A stretch of 62,884 bases of DNA from a virus. Lineage: Duplodnaviria > Caudoviricetes. Of this stretch, positions 37,765 through 47,932 are shown piece by piece. Position numbers and translations under genes: made by a program. The notes under the pieces were generated by a model. The model worked only from the letters and a program-made list of their open reading frames with translations. It did not search any database and was not told where the DNA came from. The stretch lies in the IMG/VR virus record IMGVR_UViG_3300017989_000120, positions 1-62,884 of that record; one strand, 5' to 3'. How positions within the stretch are numbered: position 1 is the stretch's first letter; each line of letters begins with the position of its first letter.

Positions 37765-39543
37765 ATGGCTACTAAAGACATACAGGTACTAACCGATTTT
37801 GAACACATTTTGAAAAGGCCAACTATCTATGTTGGTTCCGTTAAACTCAGCGAAGAAGTTGTACCCATCGTTAAGAACGATAGAATAGATGCAATGGGGT
37901 ATCAGATTTCTGTGGGGATGTACAAGCTCTTTGATGAGGTCTTCTCAAATTGTGTGGATGAAGCCAAGAGGATGAAAAAAAATATGGGATCTATTACAAT
38001 CGAGGTAGATTCCAAGACTAATACAATCAAAATTACTGACACCGGGGAGGGATTTACAAACGGGTCTGAAATTAATAAGAAAAGCGGACTAACAAATATT
38101 GCAACTGCGGTATCCATGTTGAGGGCCGGATCAAATTTTGATAATGAGAATGTTTCCGAAACCCTTATCGGAACTAACGGAATGGGGGTAAGTCTTGTAA
38201 ATGCAATGTCCAGTTTTTTCTCTATTGAGACTACTAACTCAAAGGAATATTATTACCAGGAATGGAAAAACTTTAAACCGCAAAAGCCAAAGATTCTTAA
38301 AAAGGGAAGAAATAAACTTGGTACTACCGTAAGTTTTACACCGCTCCCAAATATTTTTGATAAATGTAAGTGGAACAAGGATATTCTTCTCTCCCAATTG
38401 TTGCTTAAGAAAAGGGTTTTAGAGACCGAAGATAATACAAAAGGTATCAAGTTGAATTTTATTTGGGATGGTAAGACAATCCCTGTCGATACATCAACGT
38501 TTAAACAAATTTCCTATAAAACAAAGATTGGTGAACTTCTCATATGGGAAAAAACTCCAAATTCTGGTTCTTTTTCTTTTGTGAATTCTGCTATCTGTAC
38601 AGGAATTCATCAGAAAATTATAGCAGATCAGATTAATAATACATTGGATGATTCCCTCGCTCACCACTTTTACGACTTTTGTTTAATAATAAATTTACCT
38701 CCGGCTTTGGTAAAATTTGGTGACCAGAACAAAACTAAGTTTGTTACTAGGAGGGAAGACATAGAGAATATAATCGTAAATAGCTTTGCTTCCTCTCTTA
38801 AGAAATTCTACAGTACGCCACTCTTTAAAAAAATCAGGAAAGAGGTTGAGGCAAGAAAAAGAGATGCAAGTCTTAAGAAAATCAGGAAGGAGAAAAAGAA
38901 TACTCGGGTAAAATTTTCCAATAAATATTTTCCACCCACTTCTAGGAATGCAGAGAATCTTTTTATAGTTGAAGGATTAAGTGCCATGGGATCTATCCTA
39001 CAAAAAAGGAATCCGACACGGGACGGGGTTTACGCACTCAAGGGTAAAATTAAAAATGCTAGAAGCTTATCGGATCTTGCTGACAATAAAGAGATTCTGG
39101 AATTAATGCAGATCCTAAACCTGGAACCAGAAAGACCAGATCTTGCTTGTCCGTATGATAATATAGTCATTGCAACAGATCAGGATCCCGACGGTGCTCA
39201 CATTACCTCTTTACTAATAAATCTTTTCTTCAAGTGGTTCCCGTGGATAGTAGAAAATAAGAAATTGAGTTTTCTGGAAACCCCTCTAGTTTCTGTTGGA
39301 GACCGAAGTAAGACGTATTACTATTCTTTAGAGGAATTTAAAACCAAAAGCCAAGGTAAAAGGATTTCTAATGTTCGATATCTAAAAGGACTAGGATCTC
39401 TTTCCCTTGACGATTGGGATCACGTAATGAAAAATAAGAAAATCACAAAGATTGTAAAGGATAGAAAATCCAATGCAATGCTTGAGATGGCTTTTGGCAA
39501 ATCTTCCGATGCAAGGAAGGTTTGGTTATCAAATTTTTCCTGA
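37765..39543 (+). CDS. Type IIA topoisomerase ATPase/TOPRIM subunit (T4 gp39+60, GyrB-like)
   Basis: EHILKRPTIYVGS, E..SNCVDE, AGSNFD, GTNGMG, IVEGLSA, LKGKIKN, TDQDPDGAHI, YLKGLGS. Confidence 0.9.
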   Translation: MATKDIQVLTDFEHILKRPTIYVGSVKLSEEVVPIVKNDRIDAMGYQISVGMYKLFDEVFSNCVDEAKRMKKNMGSITIEVDSKTNTIKITDTGEGFTNGSEINKKSGLTNIATAVSMLRAGSNFDNENVSETLIGTNGMGVSLVNAMSSFFSIETTNSKEYYYQEWKNFKPQKPKILKKGRNKLGTTVSFTPLPNIFDKCKWNKDILLSQLLLKKRVLETEDNTKGIKLNFIWDGKTIPVDTSTFKQISYKTKIGELLIWEKTPNSGSFSFVNSAICTGIHQKIIADQINNTLDDSLAHHFYDFCLIINLPPALVKFGDQNKTKFVTRREDIENIIVNSFASSLKKFYSTPLFKKIRKEVEARKRDASLKKIRKEKKNTRVKFSNKYFPPTSRNAENLFIVEGLSAMGSILQKRNPTRDGVYALKGKIKNARSLSDLADNKEILELMQILNLEPERPDLACPYDNIVIATDQDPDGAHITSLLINLFFKWFPWIVENKKLSFLETPLVSVGDRSKTYYYSLEEFKTKSQGKRISNVRYLKGLGSLSLDDWDHVMKNKKITKIVKDRKSNAMLEMAFGKSSDARKVWLSNFS

Positions 39544-39583
39544 TTCATTTTTTACTAACCGGGTAAAGCATTATTATTACCCT

Positions 39584-40531
39584 ATGGAAAGAAAATTCGG
39601 TTATTGTTGTATTAATCTCTCTCTAAACGAGGGGGTCAAAAAGAAGGACAGGATTACAACAAATAGGTCTATGACCAAGAAGACTTTCCTTTCGAGAGGT
39701 ATAGATTATGCTTCTGAACTTGCCTTACAAAACGTAAAGGATCTCAAAACCATTTTGAAGTGGAATCCCGAGAACAATATCCTCATGTATAGAATGAGTT
39801 CTGATATGTTCCCTTGGTGTTCTGAATACGAGTTTAATGAATTACCTAACATCGCTGAGATTGAAGAAACCCTGTTTGAAGCTGGTGAAATAGCTTTATC
39901 CACCGGGCAGCGAATAACTTTCCATCCATCACCATATTCGGTTTTAGCTTCCTTAAGAGAAGATGTAGTAAACAACGCTATCAAGGAGTTAAGACAGCAC
40001 GGTGAAATTATGGATATGATGGGTCTCCCGCAAACTCACTACTATCCTATCAATATACACGTCAATACCACACAGCCATCAAAGGAAGAAGCTGCTGATA
40101 GATTCTGTTCTAATTTCTCAAGATTACCAGAATCGGTTAAGAAAAGACTTGTTGTTGAGGTCGATGATAAGGGTTCTCAATATACCTCAGTTGATTTAAG
40201 GTCGATGGTGTATGAAAAAACCGGTATACCTATAACCTTTGATTATCTTCACAACAAGTGCAATCCCCCAGAGCACCTTTCAGAAATGGAATCTTTAAAG
40301 GTTTGTTTGGATACGTGGCCGGAGGGAATTACCCCCTTAACGCACTTCTCTGAGTCTAGATCCTTGTTCGAAGATAGCTCTGCAAAGGATCTTGCTCACT
40401 CAGATTGGATACACGAAAGGATCGAAACATATGGGCTTGAATTCGATATAGAGTTGGAGGTGAAACAGAAAGATAAAGCCCTTTTGGATTACCATCAAAA
40501 TATCGAACAAATCCTATGTCTAAAGAGCTAA
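39584..40531 (+). CDS. uvsE: UV damage endonuclease UvsE
   Basis: FGYCCIN, YRMSSDMFPW, RITFHP, INIHV, IPITFDYLH, HFSES, AHSD, ELEVKQKD. Confidence 0.9.
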   Translation: MERKFGYCCINLSLNEGVKKKDRITTNRSMTKKTFLSRGIDYASELALQNVKDLKTILKWNPENNILMYRMSSDMFPWCSEYEFNELPNIAEIEETLFEAGEIALSTGQRITFHPSPYSVLASLREDVVNNAIKELRQHGEIMDMMGLPQTHYYPINIHVNTTQPSKEEAADRFCSNFSRLPESVKKRLVVEVDDKGSQYTSVDLRSMVYEKTGIPITFDYLHNKCNPPEHLSEMESLKVCLDTWPEGITPLTHFSESRSLFEDSSAKDLAHSDWIHERIETYGLEFDIELEVKQKDKALLDYHQNIEQILCLKS

Positions 40532-40767
40532 CAAAAGAAGATCTAAAAAGATTTGAAGAATTTGAAAAAACAATCCTTAACCTAAAAGATTCGTCCGTAA
40601 AATACAAAAAGGACGTCGAGATGGAAATTGAAATAAAAAGAGATGTACTTTATTCAAACTTTGGGAAGGAAAGAGTAGATCTTGTTTTAGAAAAACTTAA
40701 AGTTGATTTTAGGGATTTAATCGAACAAAAGGTTTATATAGAGATATATAAATTTTTAGACTCATAA
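40516..40767 (+). CDS. Hypothetical protein
   Basis: 83 aa ORF. Confidence 0.5.
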   Translation: MSKELTKEDLKRFEEFEKTILNLKDSSVKYKKDVEMEIEIKRDVLYSNFGKERVDLVLEKLKVDFRDLIEQKVYIEIYKFLDS

Positions 40768-40774
40768 CAAACCA

Positions 40775-41122
40775 ATGAACCTAGGACCTGGAAGCTATCA
40801 TTTTTCTGATTGGGGGTCGTCTTTTGACGATCATCCCCAATATGCTATATTGAAGTGCCACGTTGAAAGAGCAGTCCAGGATCTATTTCTCAATGCTCTC
40901 CGATTGCAATCACAGGATTTCGTCTATATTTTCGACACAGAAGAAAAGATAGACGATTTTTGTAGTAGGATGATCTCATACTGGGAATCTGAAGAGGATT
41001 ACGAGATTTGTGGAGAGATAGTTTCTCTTAAGAAGAAGCTAAAGAAAAAGTGGTTTGATATCCCTCCGGTGGATAGGGGGAAAGAAATGGTAATTCGAGA
41101 ATGGCTTAAATCCTCCTTTTAA
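40775..41122 (+). CDS. Hypothetical protein (UVR-like EDYE.C..I motif)
   Basis: YWESEEDYEICGEI; GATATATA at 40743. Confidence 0.5.
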   Translation: MNLGPGSYHFSDWGSSFDDHPQYAILKCHVERAVQDLFLNALRLQSQDFVYIFDTEEKIDDFCSRMISYWESEEDYEICGEIVSLKKKLKKKWFDIPPVDRGKEMVIREWLKSSF

Positions 41123-41131
41123 GGATATAAG

Positions 41132-42151
41132 ATGAAGCCAGATTACTACAATATACTCGGAGTAAGTAAGAATTCTACCCCCGAAGAAATAAAGAAAGCT
41201 TATCGAAAGCTAGCTCTCAAATATCACCCAGACAAAGCAGGTGGGGATCCGGAAGCTGAGAAAAAATTCAAAGAAATAGCTGAAGCTTACGAAACTCTAA
41301 GCAATCCAGAGAAAAAATCAAAGTACGATAATCCTAATCCTTTTGGAGGATTTGGTAGAAACCCGTTTGAAGGTGGTTTTGGTGGCTTTCGGGGGAGTAA
41401 TTTCTATGAAAGTGATGTTATCAAAAAAGGTAACAACATAAATGCAAAGGTTGAGATTACCCTGGAGGAGGTACTGAACGGGACAAAGAAAAATGCCAAC
41501 CTATATCGAAAAATGCAGTGCTCCGATTGTGAGGGAACCGGAGCTCAAAATGCTGAACTTGACACCTGTCATGTTTGTGCTGGGATGGGGGTTAAAAGAA
41601 AAATTATAAACACCAATTTCGGACAGATGGCCATGGATGAGACCTGTTATGCCTGTGAAGGTACAGGGAAGATTCCAAAGTCAATTTGCAAAACCTGCTC
41701 TGGAGCAGGGGTAGTTAGAAAACCCGATCAGATAGAAATCCAAATACCTAAGGGATCTGTCACAGGAATAAGTTTTAGAGTTCCTCAAAAAGGAGATCAT
41801 GCTAAATCCCCCTCAGATCCAGGAGATCTCGTTGTTAACGTTTATGATAAAAAACATGACTTCTTTCGAAGAGATGGGTATAATTTAATTTGTGATGTTG
41901 ATCTGACGTTCCCAGAAGCATGTTTGGGTAAAGAAGTCCAAATCCCTAACCTCATATCCGGGGGAGAGTATAAAATTACCATACCTCCTGGCACATCTCC
42001 CGGCAAGATATTTAGACTAGCAGGAAAGGGGGTTCCTGAATTCAATTCTACATATCGAGGAGATATATTGGTTAAGGTTGGGGTAAAGGTTCCTAAAAAC
42101 TTATCCCCCGAACAGCAAGAATTTATTGAAAACTATAAAGACAAATTCTAA
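41132..42151 (+). CDS. dnaJ: DnaJ chaperone
   Basis: J domain with HPD, G/F region, four CxxCxGxG repeats, C-terminal domain. Confidence 0.95.
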   Translation: MKPDYYNILGVSKNSTPEEIKKAYRKLALKYHPDKAGGDPEAEKKFKEIAEAYETLSNPEKKSKYDNPNPFGGFGRNPFEGGFGGFRGSNFYESDVIKKGNNINAKVEITLEEVLNGTKKNANLYRKMQCSDCEGTGAQNAELDTCHVCAGMGVKRKIINTNFGQMAMDETCYACEGTGKIPKSICKTCSGAGVVRKPDQIEIQIPKGSVTGISFRVPQKGDHAKSPSDPGDLVVNVYDKKHDFFRRDGYNLICDVDLTFPEACLGKEVQIPNLISGGEYKITIPPGTSPGKIFRLAGKGVPEFNSTYRGDILVKVGVKVPKNLSPEQQEFIENYKDKF

Positions 42152-42495
42152 TGAAAGACTTATATTTTATACTTATTGCCTGGTCAATCACTTCGATTCT
42201 AGTGAATGGGACAATTTTTGATCAGTTAAGGGTTTACCTTCTAATCAAAGCACCTGTGCTACATAAGCTATTCTCGTGTATGCAATGCAGTGGTTTTTGG
42301 GTTGGTGTAATTTTAGGGATTTTGGCAACGGATGGAATTATCTACAACCCACTAGGAACTCTTTTCCCTTCTCATCTTAACTTTTGGGTTGATTATCCAC
42401 TAACTACGCTTTCGTATGGATTCTTATCTAGCGGAGTTAGTGTTTTATTGAATAGTCTCGTCGTATTCTTTTATTCTTTCAGTGATAAAGAATAA
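42151..42495 (+). CDS. Membrane protein (DUF1360-like)
   Basis: Hydrophobic helices, IFDQLR, LFSCMQCSGFW. Confidence 0.55.
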   Translation: MKDLYFILIAWSITSILVNGTIFDQLRVYLLIKAPVLHKLFSCMQCSGFWVGVILGILATDGIIYNPLGTLFPSHLNFWVDYPLTTLSYGFLSSGVSVLLNSLVVFFYSFSDKE

Positions 42496-42505
42496 CAGGA
42501 CATTG

Positions 42506-42513
42506 GATATATA
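42506..42513 (+). promoter_or_regulatory. GATATATA putative late promoter
   Basis: 20 nt before ATG 42534. Confidence 0.6.
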
Positions 42514-42533
42514 GGTTAAACATTTTCCAACCA

Positions 42534-43613
42534 ATGGGAAGAATAAGATCTTTTGACGAATTCCAGAAAAAATTAAATGAAGAAGTGGCTTCCAGCGCCG
42601 GCGAGTTTATACAACAAGCGACTGGGCAGGCTTCTTCACGTACTTCTTCTTCTTCTGCATCTTCCACATCCACAAGTAGTCAAAGCGGAGGAACAGTTTT
42701 TGGAAGGGGAAAAATATCTGGGTTGGACCTTCTAATGGCAACTAAGGTTGGCCAGCAATTAGAGGATTGGATCTTATCTAATTCTGATATTGAGAGCGGG
42801 CGAGCTTCAGATTCTCCCCAACCTGCTGATGAAATAATTTCACAAATCAGTGGAAATCGGTCGGAAGAGGAAAGGGTTAACAGAAATTTAGAGGTTGCTA
42901 GGAGCGAGAATAGCTCTTTTGAAGTGATAGAGCCAAATGCTTCTCTTCTTCCCCCAAGTTCTCCTTATACATATAGGGATATTGAAAAACTAACCTGGGA
43001 TAAGGTTAAGGGATTTTTAGAATCCTCTGGAGAGTGGAATAAGATCGACAAGGACAAATATACCCTTGTTGCACTTAGAAATAAATTGAGTCTAAAGAGA
43101 AGATCTCATAACCATTTTATAGATGCATTGGTATTAATGTCTCCAGAGGACGATAAGGAAGTTTGGGCATACAAGGCAACTACTGTACCTGGACCAATGT
43201 TCATGGTACAACAATTCAGAAATTGGTATACTACCCACGGCAGGGATAACAATATAAATCCAAAGGGACTTGCAATTATCCAGCCTGGTGTATATGATTA
43301 CAAGATCGGCAGGCACAACGGATACCCGGCTTTTGTACAGGACGGTAATGTTACGGTTGACCGATATGAGCCAGTAAACGGTCCTAGAGAAGTCGAGTTT
43401 AGGACTTTTTCTCCAGGTAACACTGAATCCGGTAAATTTGGAATTAATATACACAGAGCGGGTTCAAGCGGAACCTCTCAAAATGTAAACACACATTCTG
43501 CTGGGTGTCTTGTTTTCGCAAACGCTAGGGATTTGAGCGAGGTAATAGATAAGCTTAGGAACTCCCGTCAAAGGACTATCAAGTTGGCAGTTGTTCAATT
43601 GGATGACGTCTGA
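42534..43613 (+). CDS. CTS-tagged protein with a C-terminal L,D-transpeptidase(YkuD)-like domain
   Basis: IRSFDEFQKKLNEE; ATTVPG, G.AII.PG.Y, FGINIHRAG...HSAGCLVF. Confidence 0.6.
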   Translation: MGRIRSFDEFQKKLNEEVASSAGEFIQQATGQASSRTSSSSASSTSTSSQSGGTVFGRGKISGLDLLMATKVGQQLEDWILSNSDIESGRASDSPQPADEIISQISGNRSEEERVNRNLEVARSENSSFEVIEPNASLLPPSSPYTYRDIEKLTWDKVKGFLESSGEWNKIDKDKYTLVALRNKLSLKRRSHNHFIDALVLMSPEDDKEVWAYKATTVPGPMFMVQQFRNWYTTHGRDNNINPKGLAIIQPGVYDYKIGRHNGYPAFVQDGNVTVDRYEPVNGPREVEFRTFSPGNTESGKFGINIHRAGSSGTSQNVNTHSAGCLVFANARDLSEVIDKLRNSRQRTIKLAVVQLDDV

Positions 43614-43619
43614 TAATTA

Positions 43620-43647
43620 GAAACAAACATTTCACATTACTATAGAA
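43620..43647 (+). promoter_or_regulatory. GAAAC-N18-TAGAA promoter
   Basis: Before the topoisomerase A-type gene. Confidence 0.5.
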
Positions 43648-43664
43648 CTACCGTAAATCAAATA

Positions 43665-45041
43665 TTGGTGGCGAATACTTTAACTATTACAGAGCAGATT
43701 AATGAGAAGTACAGGGATTATGCCCTTTACGTCTTACAGTCAAGGGGAATCCCAAATTTCTACGATTCACTAACTCCTGTTCAAAGAATCATTATTGAGA
43801 ATAGCCCTAATTCATTTAACAAAACCATTGGACTTGTTGGTGAGGTTATTAGGACGGGTCTTTATCATCATGGGGATGCTTCTTTGGCTGGTGCGATTTC
43901 AAAATTAGCTAGGCCCTTTGGGTGTTCTTTTGAAATTCTAGAGGGAGATGGGTTTTTTGGATCTCCTGTTAATCCAAATCCTTCTGCCCCAAGATATACC
44001 GCAGTTAAAATTAACAGGAGCATTAAGGATATAGTTGAAAAACATAAAGACCTTAATGAAAAAAACGAAGAGGGAGGATACGATTGGCTCCATCTGGAAA
44101 TACCAATAGGTCTTCTAACTCACATAGTGGGAATTGCGGTCGGATACAGAAGCAATATCTTGCCACGTAAGGTAGAAGATATAGTTGAATATCTAGAGGG
44201 TAAAAACAAACTTCTCAAACCATATTTCAAAGATTTCTCCGGTAAGATTTATAAACTTGATTCCGATGATTCGTGGATTATAGAGAGCGGATTCGAGATA
44301 AATGAGAGAAAAAAGACTATCCGGATCTTTGACCTTCCCCCGATCATGAGGTACGAGTCTTTTATGAAAAAACTTCTTACCAAACTCGAAGCATATGGAT
44401 ATGAATATTATATGCAAAACAACTCCCAAAGCAAGTGTGACGTTGGTATATCTCTGAAGAAGGTTTCCCCAAAGGAATTTAAGGAAGCAGTTGATGTTAT
44501 CAAGAAGCAGACACAGATAGTTGTTAGAGAAAATGTTGTATTCATTAAGGACGGAGCGGTAGCACAGTTCGATTCTGTAAAGTCATACTTAGATTCTTTT
44601 AAAGTCCATCTGGAAAATGTTCGACTCAAGAGACTTATGAAAGATGAAGTGGACCTTAAGTTAGATTTAGAATTCCTTGAGGCAAAGCTTAAGTTCTTAA
44701 TCTTCATGAGTCAAAAGAAGAGACAAAATAAAGAGATTGTAGAATTCCTTAGCAAATTTGCTAAATGGATCTCAACTAGACTTTCTCAGATTCAGATAGT
44801 TAAGCTATCCTCAGATCATATCAAAGAAACCGAAGATATGATTAAGGACATTAAGAAACGTATACAAGAAACCAAAAAGGCAATCACTAAGCAAAAGCAG
44901 GTTGTTAAAAAGGTTACTGATGCTTTAAAGAAAATCAAATCTGCATCCCTGATGCCTAAATCAGTAGTCCCCAAGAATATTTCTATAGACCCAGAGATTG
45001 AGATTTTTGATCTGGAGGACGAAGATGACGAAGAAGCTTAA
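43665..45041 (+). CDS. Type IIA topoisomerase breakage-reunion subunit (T4 gp52, GyrA-like)
   Basis: YALYVL..RGIP..YDSLTPVQR, YHHGDAS, G.FGS, APRYT (catalytic Tyr), GIAVGY; no beta-pinwheel CTD. Confidence 0.9.
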   Translation: MVANTLTITEQINEKYRDYALYVLQSRGIPNFYDSLTPVQRIIIENSPNSFNKTIGLVGEVIRTGLYHHGDASLAGAISKLARPFGCSFEILEGDGFFGSPVNPNPSAPRYTAVKINRSIKDIVEKHKDLNEKNEEGGYDWLHLEIPIGLLTHIVGIAVGYRSNILPRKVEDIVEYLEGKNKLLKPYFKDFSGKIYKLDSDDSWIIESGFEINERKKTIRIFDLPPIMRYESFMKKLLTKLEAYGYEYYMQNNSQSKCDVGISLKKVSPKEFKEAVDVIKKQTQIVVRENVVFIKDGAVAQFDSVKSYLDSFKVHLENVRLKRLMKDEVDLKLDLEFLEAKLKFLIFMSQKKRQNKEIVEFLSKFAKWISTRLSQIQIVKLSSDHIKETEDMIKDIKKRIQETKKAITKQKQVVKKVTDALKKIKSASLMPKSVVPKNISIDPEIEIFDLEDEDDEEA

Positions 45042-45058
45042 GAAAAATATACTACATG

Positions 45059-45089
45059 AAAATCCTAGCCAAAAGCTAGGATTTTTTTT
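45059..45089 (+). terminator. Intrinsic terminator
   Basis: AAAATCCTAGC caaaa GCTAGGATTTTTTTT. Confidence 0.8.
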
Positions 45090-45148
45090 GTGATAGACGA
45101 AAACAATTCGTTTTATGACCGTAGAAGATTAAAGTTAAAACATTAGAA

Positions 45149-45910
45149 ATGAAGATTAGGGTAACAAGCACAAACAATCTCATAGCTTTCCTTAAAAAGC
45201 TTAAGGTTGTTGATAAGAGTGTTCTTTTGGAGTTGAATGCAGAAAAGCTATTCTGTAAGGTACACACCCCAGACAAATCGGTTATGAAATACTCCTCCGT
45301 AGATATTAGTCAGGTTTTTGAGGAGGTCCCTGGATTTGATGATCTTGGGTGTGATCGGATTAAAATTGGTCTAATTGACGTAACTCGACTAATGGACTGT
45401 TTTAAACACTTCCGCCCGGAAGAAGATATACATTTGGATCTAAACATTAATGAAGTTGACGGAGAATGTGTTGCATCGGAAATGCATGTTGTTTCTCCAT
45501 CCTTAAAGATCAAGATTCGATGTGCAGATTTATCCCTGCTTTCTTATGTTGAGGACACAATCTTAAGTATGGTTCATTCGCAGGAAGATGCGCTTTCCAA
45601 TTTTAAGATTTACAGCTCAGACTTTTCTTCCGTAATGTCACTCTGTGGTCTAGAATCAAATTCTGAAGAATTACTTGTATATCGTGTTAATAAGGAACAA
45701 GTAAAGATTAGTGGAGATTCTTTTGATTATAAGTTGAACATAGGTCCATCTGAGATTGAGGTTCAGGATCCTCTGGAATCTTCAATCTATAAATCTCACC
45801 TTAATTACGTTGATGCTGAATCCTCGTCTTGCTATGTCCACGAGAATCGAATTGTTTTCTTCTCCGAGCAAACAGAAACTTCGACTGCAGTAGGAATCAT
45901 AGAAAAATAA
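45149..45910 (+). CDS. Sliding clamp (T4 gp45/PCNA-like)
   Basis: 253 aa with a two-repeat beta-alpha-beta pattern (L..FLKKL, IGLIDV..L, F..V..LC), adjacent to the PolB C-terminal gene. Confidence 0.6.
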   Translation: MKIRVTSTNNLIAFLKKLKVVDKSVLLELNAEKLFCKVHTPDKSVMKYSSVDISQVFEEVPGFDDLGCDRIKIGLIDVTRLMDCFKHFRPEEDIHLDLNINEVDGECVASEMHVVSPSLKIKIRCADLSLLSYVEDTILSMVHSQEDALSNFKIYSSDFSSVMSLCGLESNSEELLVYRVNKEQVKISGDSFDYKLNIGPSEIEVQDPLESSIYKSHLNYVDAESSSCYVHENRIVFFSEQTETSTAVGIIEK

Positions 45911-45914
45911 AAGA

Positions 45915-47060
45915 ATGTCAGAAGTACAGGAACTAAAGGAAAAAATAGAAAGGCTCACTGCTTTAAAAAATGAGCTAAAGAACGAAGAGCAAGCCATCAA
46001 GTTGACTATGAACTCTATCTATGGAGCGATTGGTAATAGCTGGTTCGTTTGCTTTAATCCAGAGGTTGCTGAAGCTGTGACTTTGCAGGGGCAAGATCTA
46101 ATTAAGCATTCTGAAAAAATTCTCCACAAGTACTTCCACGAATTTTGGCACAAGGACAAAGAGTTGCACGACAAACTTGGCCTTACTAATGTCAAAAAAA
46201 TACACCGCCCGATGGTAGTGTATGGAGATACTGATTCCAATTATGTTACTTTCCAGGAGGTCGTTGCTTCTTGTGAGGGTTGGGAAGGAAGCGATAAGGA
46301 TTTAATTCTTGCCATCAACGAACACCGATTGGTTGGTTATCTTAAAAAGTGTTTTGACATCTACGCAGAAAAATGGGGCACGGATAACTATCAGGACTTT
46401 GAGCTGGAAACCCTTTCTATTAATGGCATATTCCTTGGTAAGAAGAAGTACGTTACCAATATTGTTTATTCTGATGGAGTACACTCGGAACCCCTTAGTT
46501 CTATCAAGACAACTGGGGTTGAAATGGTAAAGGGTGGTACCCCCTCGTTTGTGAGAGAAAAGCTTATCTATCTAACCAAATTTATCTTTAGCCGCGGTAG
46601 GTCTTTTGAATTAAGGGAGTTTGTCCAAGAACTTAAAACAATTAAGAAAGACTTTAAGGCACAGGAACCCGAAAATATATCGGTTGCTGTAAATGTCAAT
46701 AATTATCAGAAGTTTGTGTTAAACGATACCACAGCTTTGGAAGTAGCAAAGGGATGCCCAATTCATGTAAGAGCATCTGCTTATCACAACTTCTTACTTA
46801 ATTCAACCAAGTATAAGGACAAATATCCGCTTATTGGGGGTGGTGAAAAAGTAAGATTCTATTTTGTTAAGGTTAAGAACCCAGGAGACAATAATGTTTT
46901 TGCTTATTCACAAGGTACCTATCCATATGAATTTGCTCCTCCGATAGATTTTGATCAACAGTTTACAAAAACTATCCTGGACCCGATCAATCGATTTATA
47001 GAGGTAATGGGTCACAATCCAATTTCACCAAACCTTTTTATGATTAACACTTTGTTTTAA
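45915..47060 (+). CDS. DNA polymerase family B, C-terminal subunit (motifs B and C, thumb)
   Basis: QAIKLTMNSIYGAIGN, VTLQGQ, YGDTDS, KKKY, TGVEMVK, C-terminal INTLF clamp-binding-like tail. Confidence 0.9.
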   Translation: MSEVQELKEKIERLTALKNELKNEEQAIKLTMNSIYGAIGNSWFVCFNPEVAEAVTLQGQDLIKHSEKILHKYFHEFWHKDKELHDKLGLTNVKKIHRPMVVYGDTDSNYVTFQEVVASCEGWEGSDKDLILAINEHRLVGYLKKCFDIYAEKWGTDNYQDFELETLSINGIFLGKKKYVTNIVYSDGVHSEPLSSIKTTGVEMVKGGTPSFVREKLIYLTKFIFSRGRSFELREFVQELKTIKKDFKAQEPENISVAVNVNNYQKFVLNDTTALEVAKGCPIHVRASAYHNFLLNSTKYKDKYPLIGGGEKVRFYFVKVKNPGDNNVFAYSQGTYPYEFAPPIDFDQQFTKTILDPINRFIEVMGHNPISPNLFMINTLF

Positions 47061-47061
47061 A

Positions 47062-47268
47062 ATGGGATTCAATAAGAGATATTTGCCTGATTTAGAGCTG
47101 TTACAAAAAATAAGAAAAGAAACTGGGGATGATCTTAGTTTTCTTACAACTTACCTTTACCGACCAGATGCTATAATTGGATCTCAAGGAGCTTTGGATT
47201 TTCTTAAAAAGGTCGAGGAAGAACTTTTAATAAAACAATTAGATGAAGCAGAGAAAAATAGCAATTAA
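47062..47268 (+). CDS. Hypothetical protein
   Basis: MGFNKRYLP...DAIIG; 68 aa. Confidence 0.55.
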   Translation: MGFNKRYLPDLELLQKIRKETGDDLSFLTTYLYRPDAIIGSQGALDFLKKVEEELLIKQLDEAEKNSN

Positions 47269-47632
47269 GGCAGAGTATAGAAAAGACTCTGAAGCTTTCC
47301 CTGAGTGGCTGAAGTATGAAGTAACTATACTTAAAGACGACGGAACAACAGAAAAAGTACCAGCTTATGGTAAGGATCTCCAGGACGCACTCTCTAGGGT
47401 AGTACACGACGAAAAGGTAAAAAAAGTTGGTGAGACAACCAAAAAAATACCAGACATAGTTTGGGCTGTCCTGTGGTTTGGGTATATGCTAGGACTTGTT
47501 AACGTAACCTACCTAATCTCGGGTGATGGAAAGTTTAATGGTATATTTTTTGTCGGAGGTCTAGCAGTTTTGAGCTTGGGAATTTGGAGAGCTGAGAGTT
47601 GGTTAAGAATGAGAAACAGAGACAAAATATGA
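47243..47632 (+). CDS. Hypothetical membrane protein
   Basis: PAYGKDLQDALSR, then two TM helices. Confidence 0.6.
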   Translation: MKQRKIAIKAEYRKDSEAFPEWLKYEVTILKDDGTTEKVPAYGKDLQDALSRVVHDEKVKKVGETTKKIPDIVWAVLWFGYMLGLVNVTYLISGDGKFNGIFFVGGLAVLSLGIWRAESWLRMRNRDKI

Positions 47633-47925
47633 TAGATCCCTTAACTGAACATCTCTTTGATGAAGGATTTGAGGAATATCGGGACTTCATGTACACCAAC
47701 TATGATGCTATTATCAAGCACCGATCATTCTTCATCTCAGATAAATATTTTTCAACCTCTTTCAAGTGTGAAAGGGTAAAGGAGCTTTTGGATTTTTTTG
47801 AACTGGAAGAAGATTTTGAGAAGTGCTCCGAGTTAAAAAAATTGTATGCTGCTGTTGAGGTTGATCACCTGTTTAGTGAAATTGCAAGTAAGATTAAGGT
47901 AAGCGGCAAGGAAACCAAAAAATAA
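47629..47925 (+). CDS. Hypothetical protein (UVR-like motif)
   Basis: LDFFELEEDFEKCSELKK. Confidence 0.5.
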   Translation: MIDPLTEHLFDEGFEEYRDFMYTNYDAIIKHRSFFISDKYFSTSFKCERVKELLDFFELEEDFEKCSELKKLYAAVEVDHLFSEIASKIKVSGKETKK

Positions 47926-47932
47926 TTTTAAG

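Noticed and set aside
27200-46020. Split intein or intron joining the polymerase halves
   Set aside because: No Cys/Ser-initiated intein N-block at the end of half A and no His-Asn/Cys-Ser-Thr junction in half B; the intervening DNA is ordinary genes
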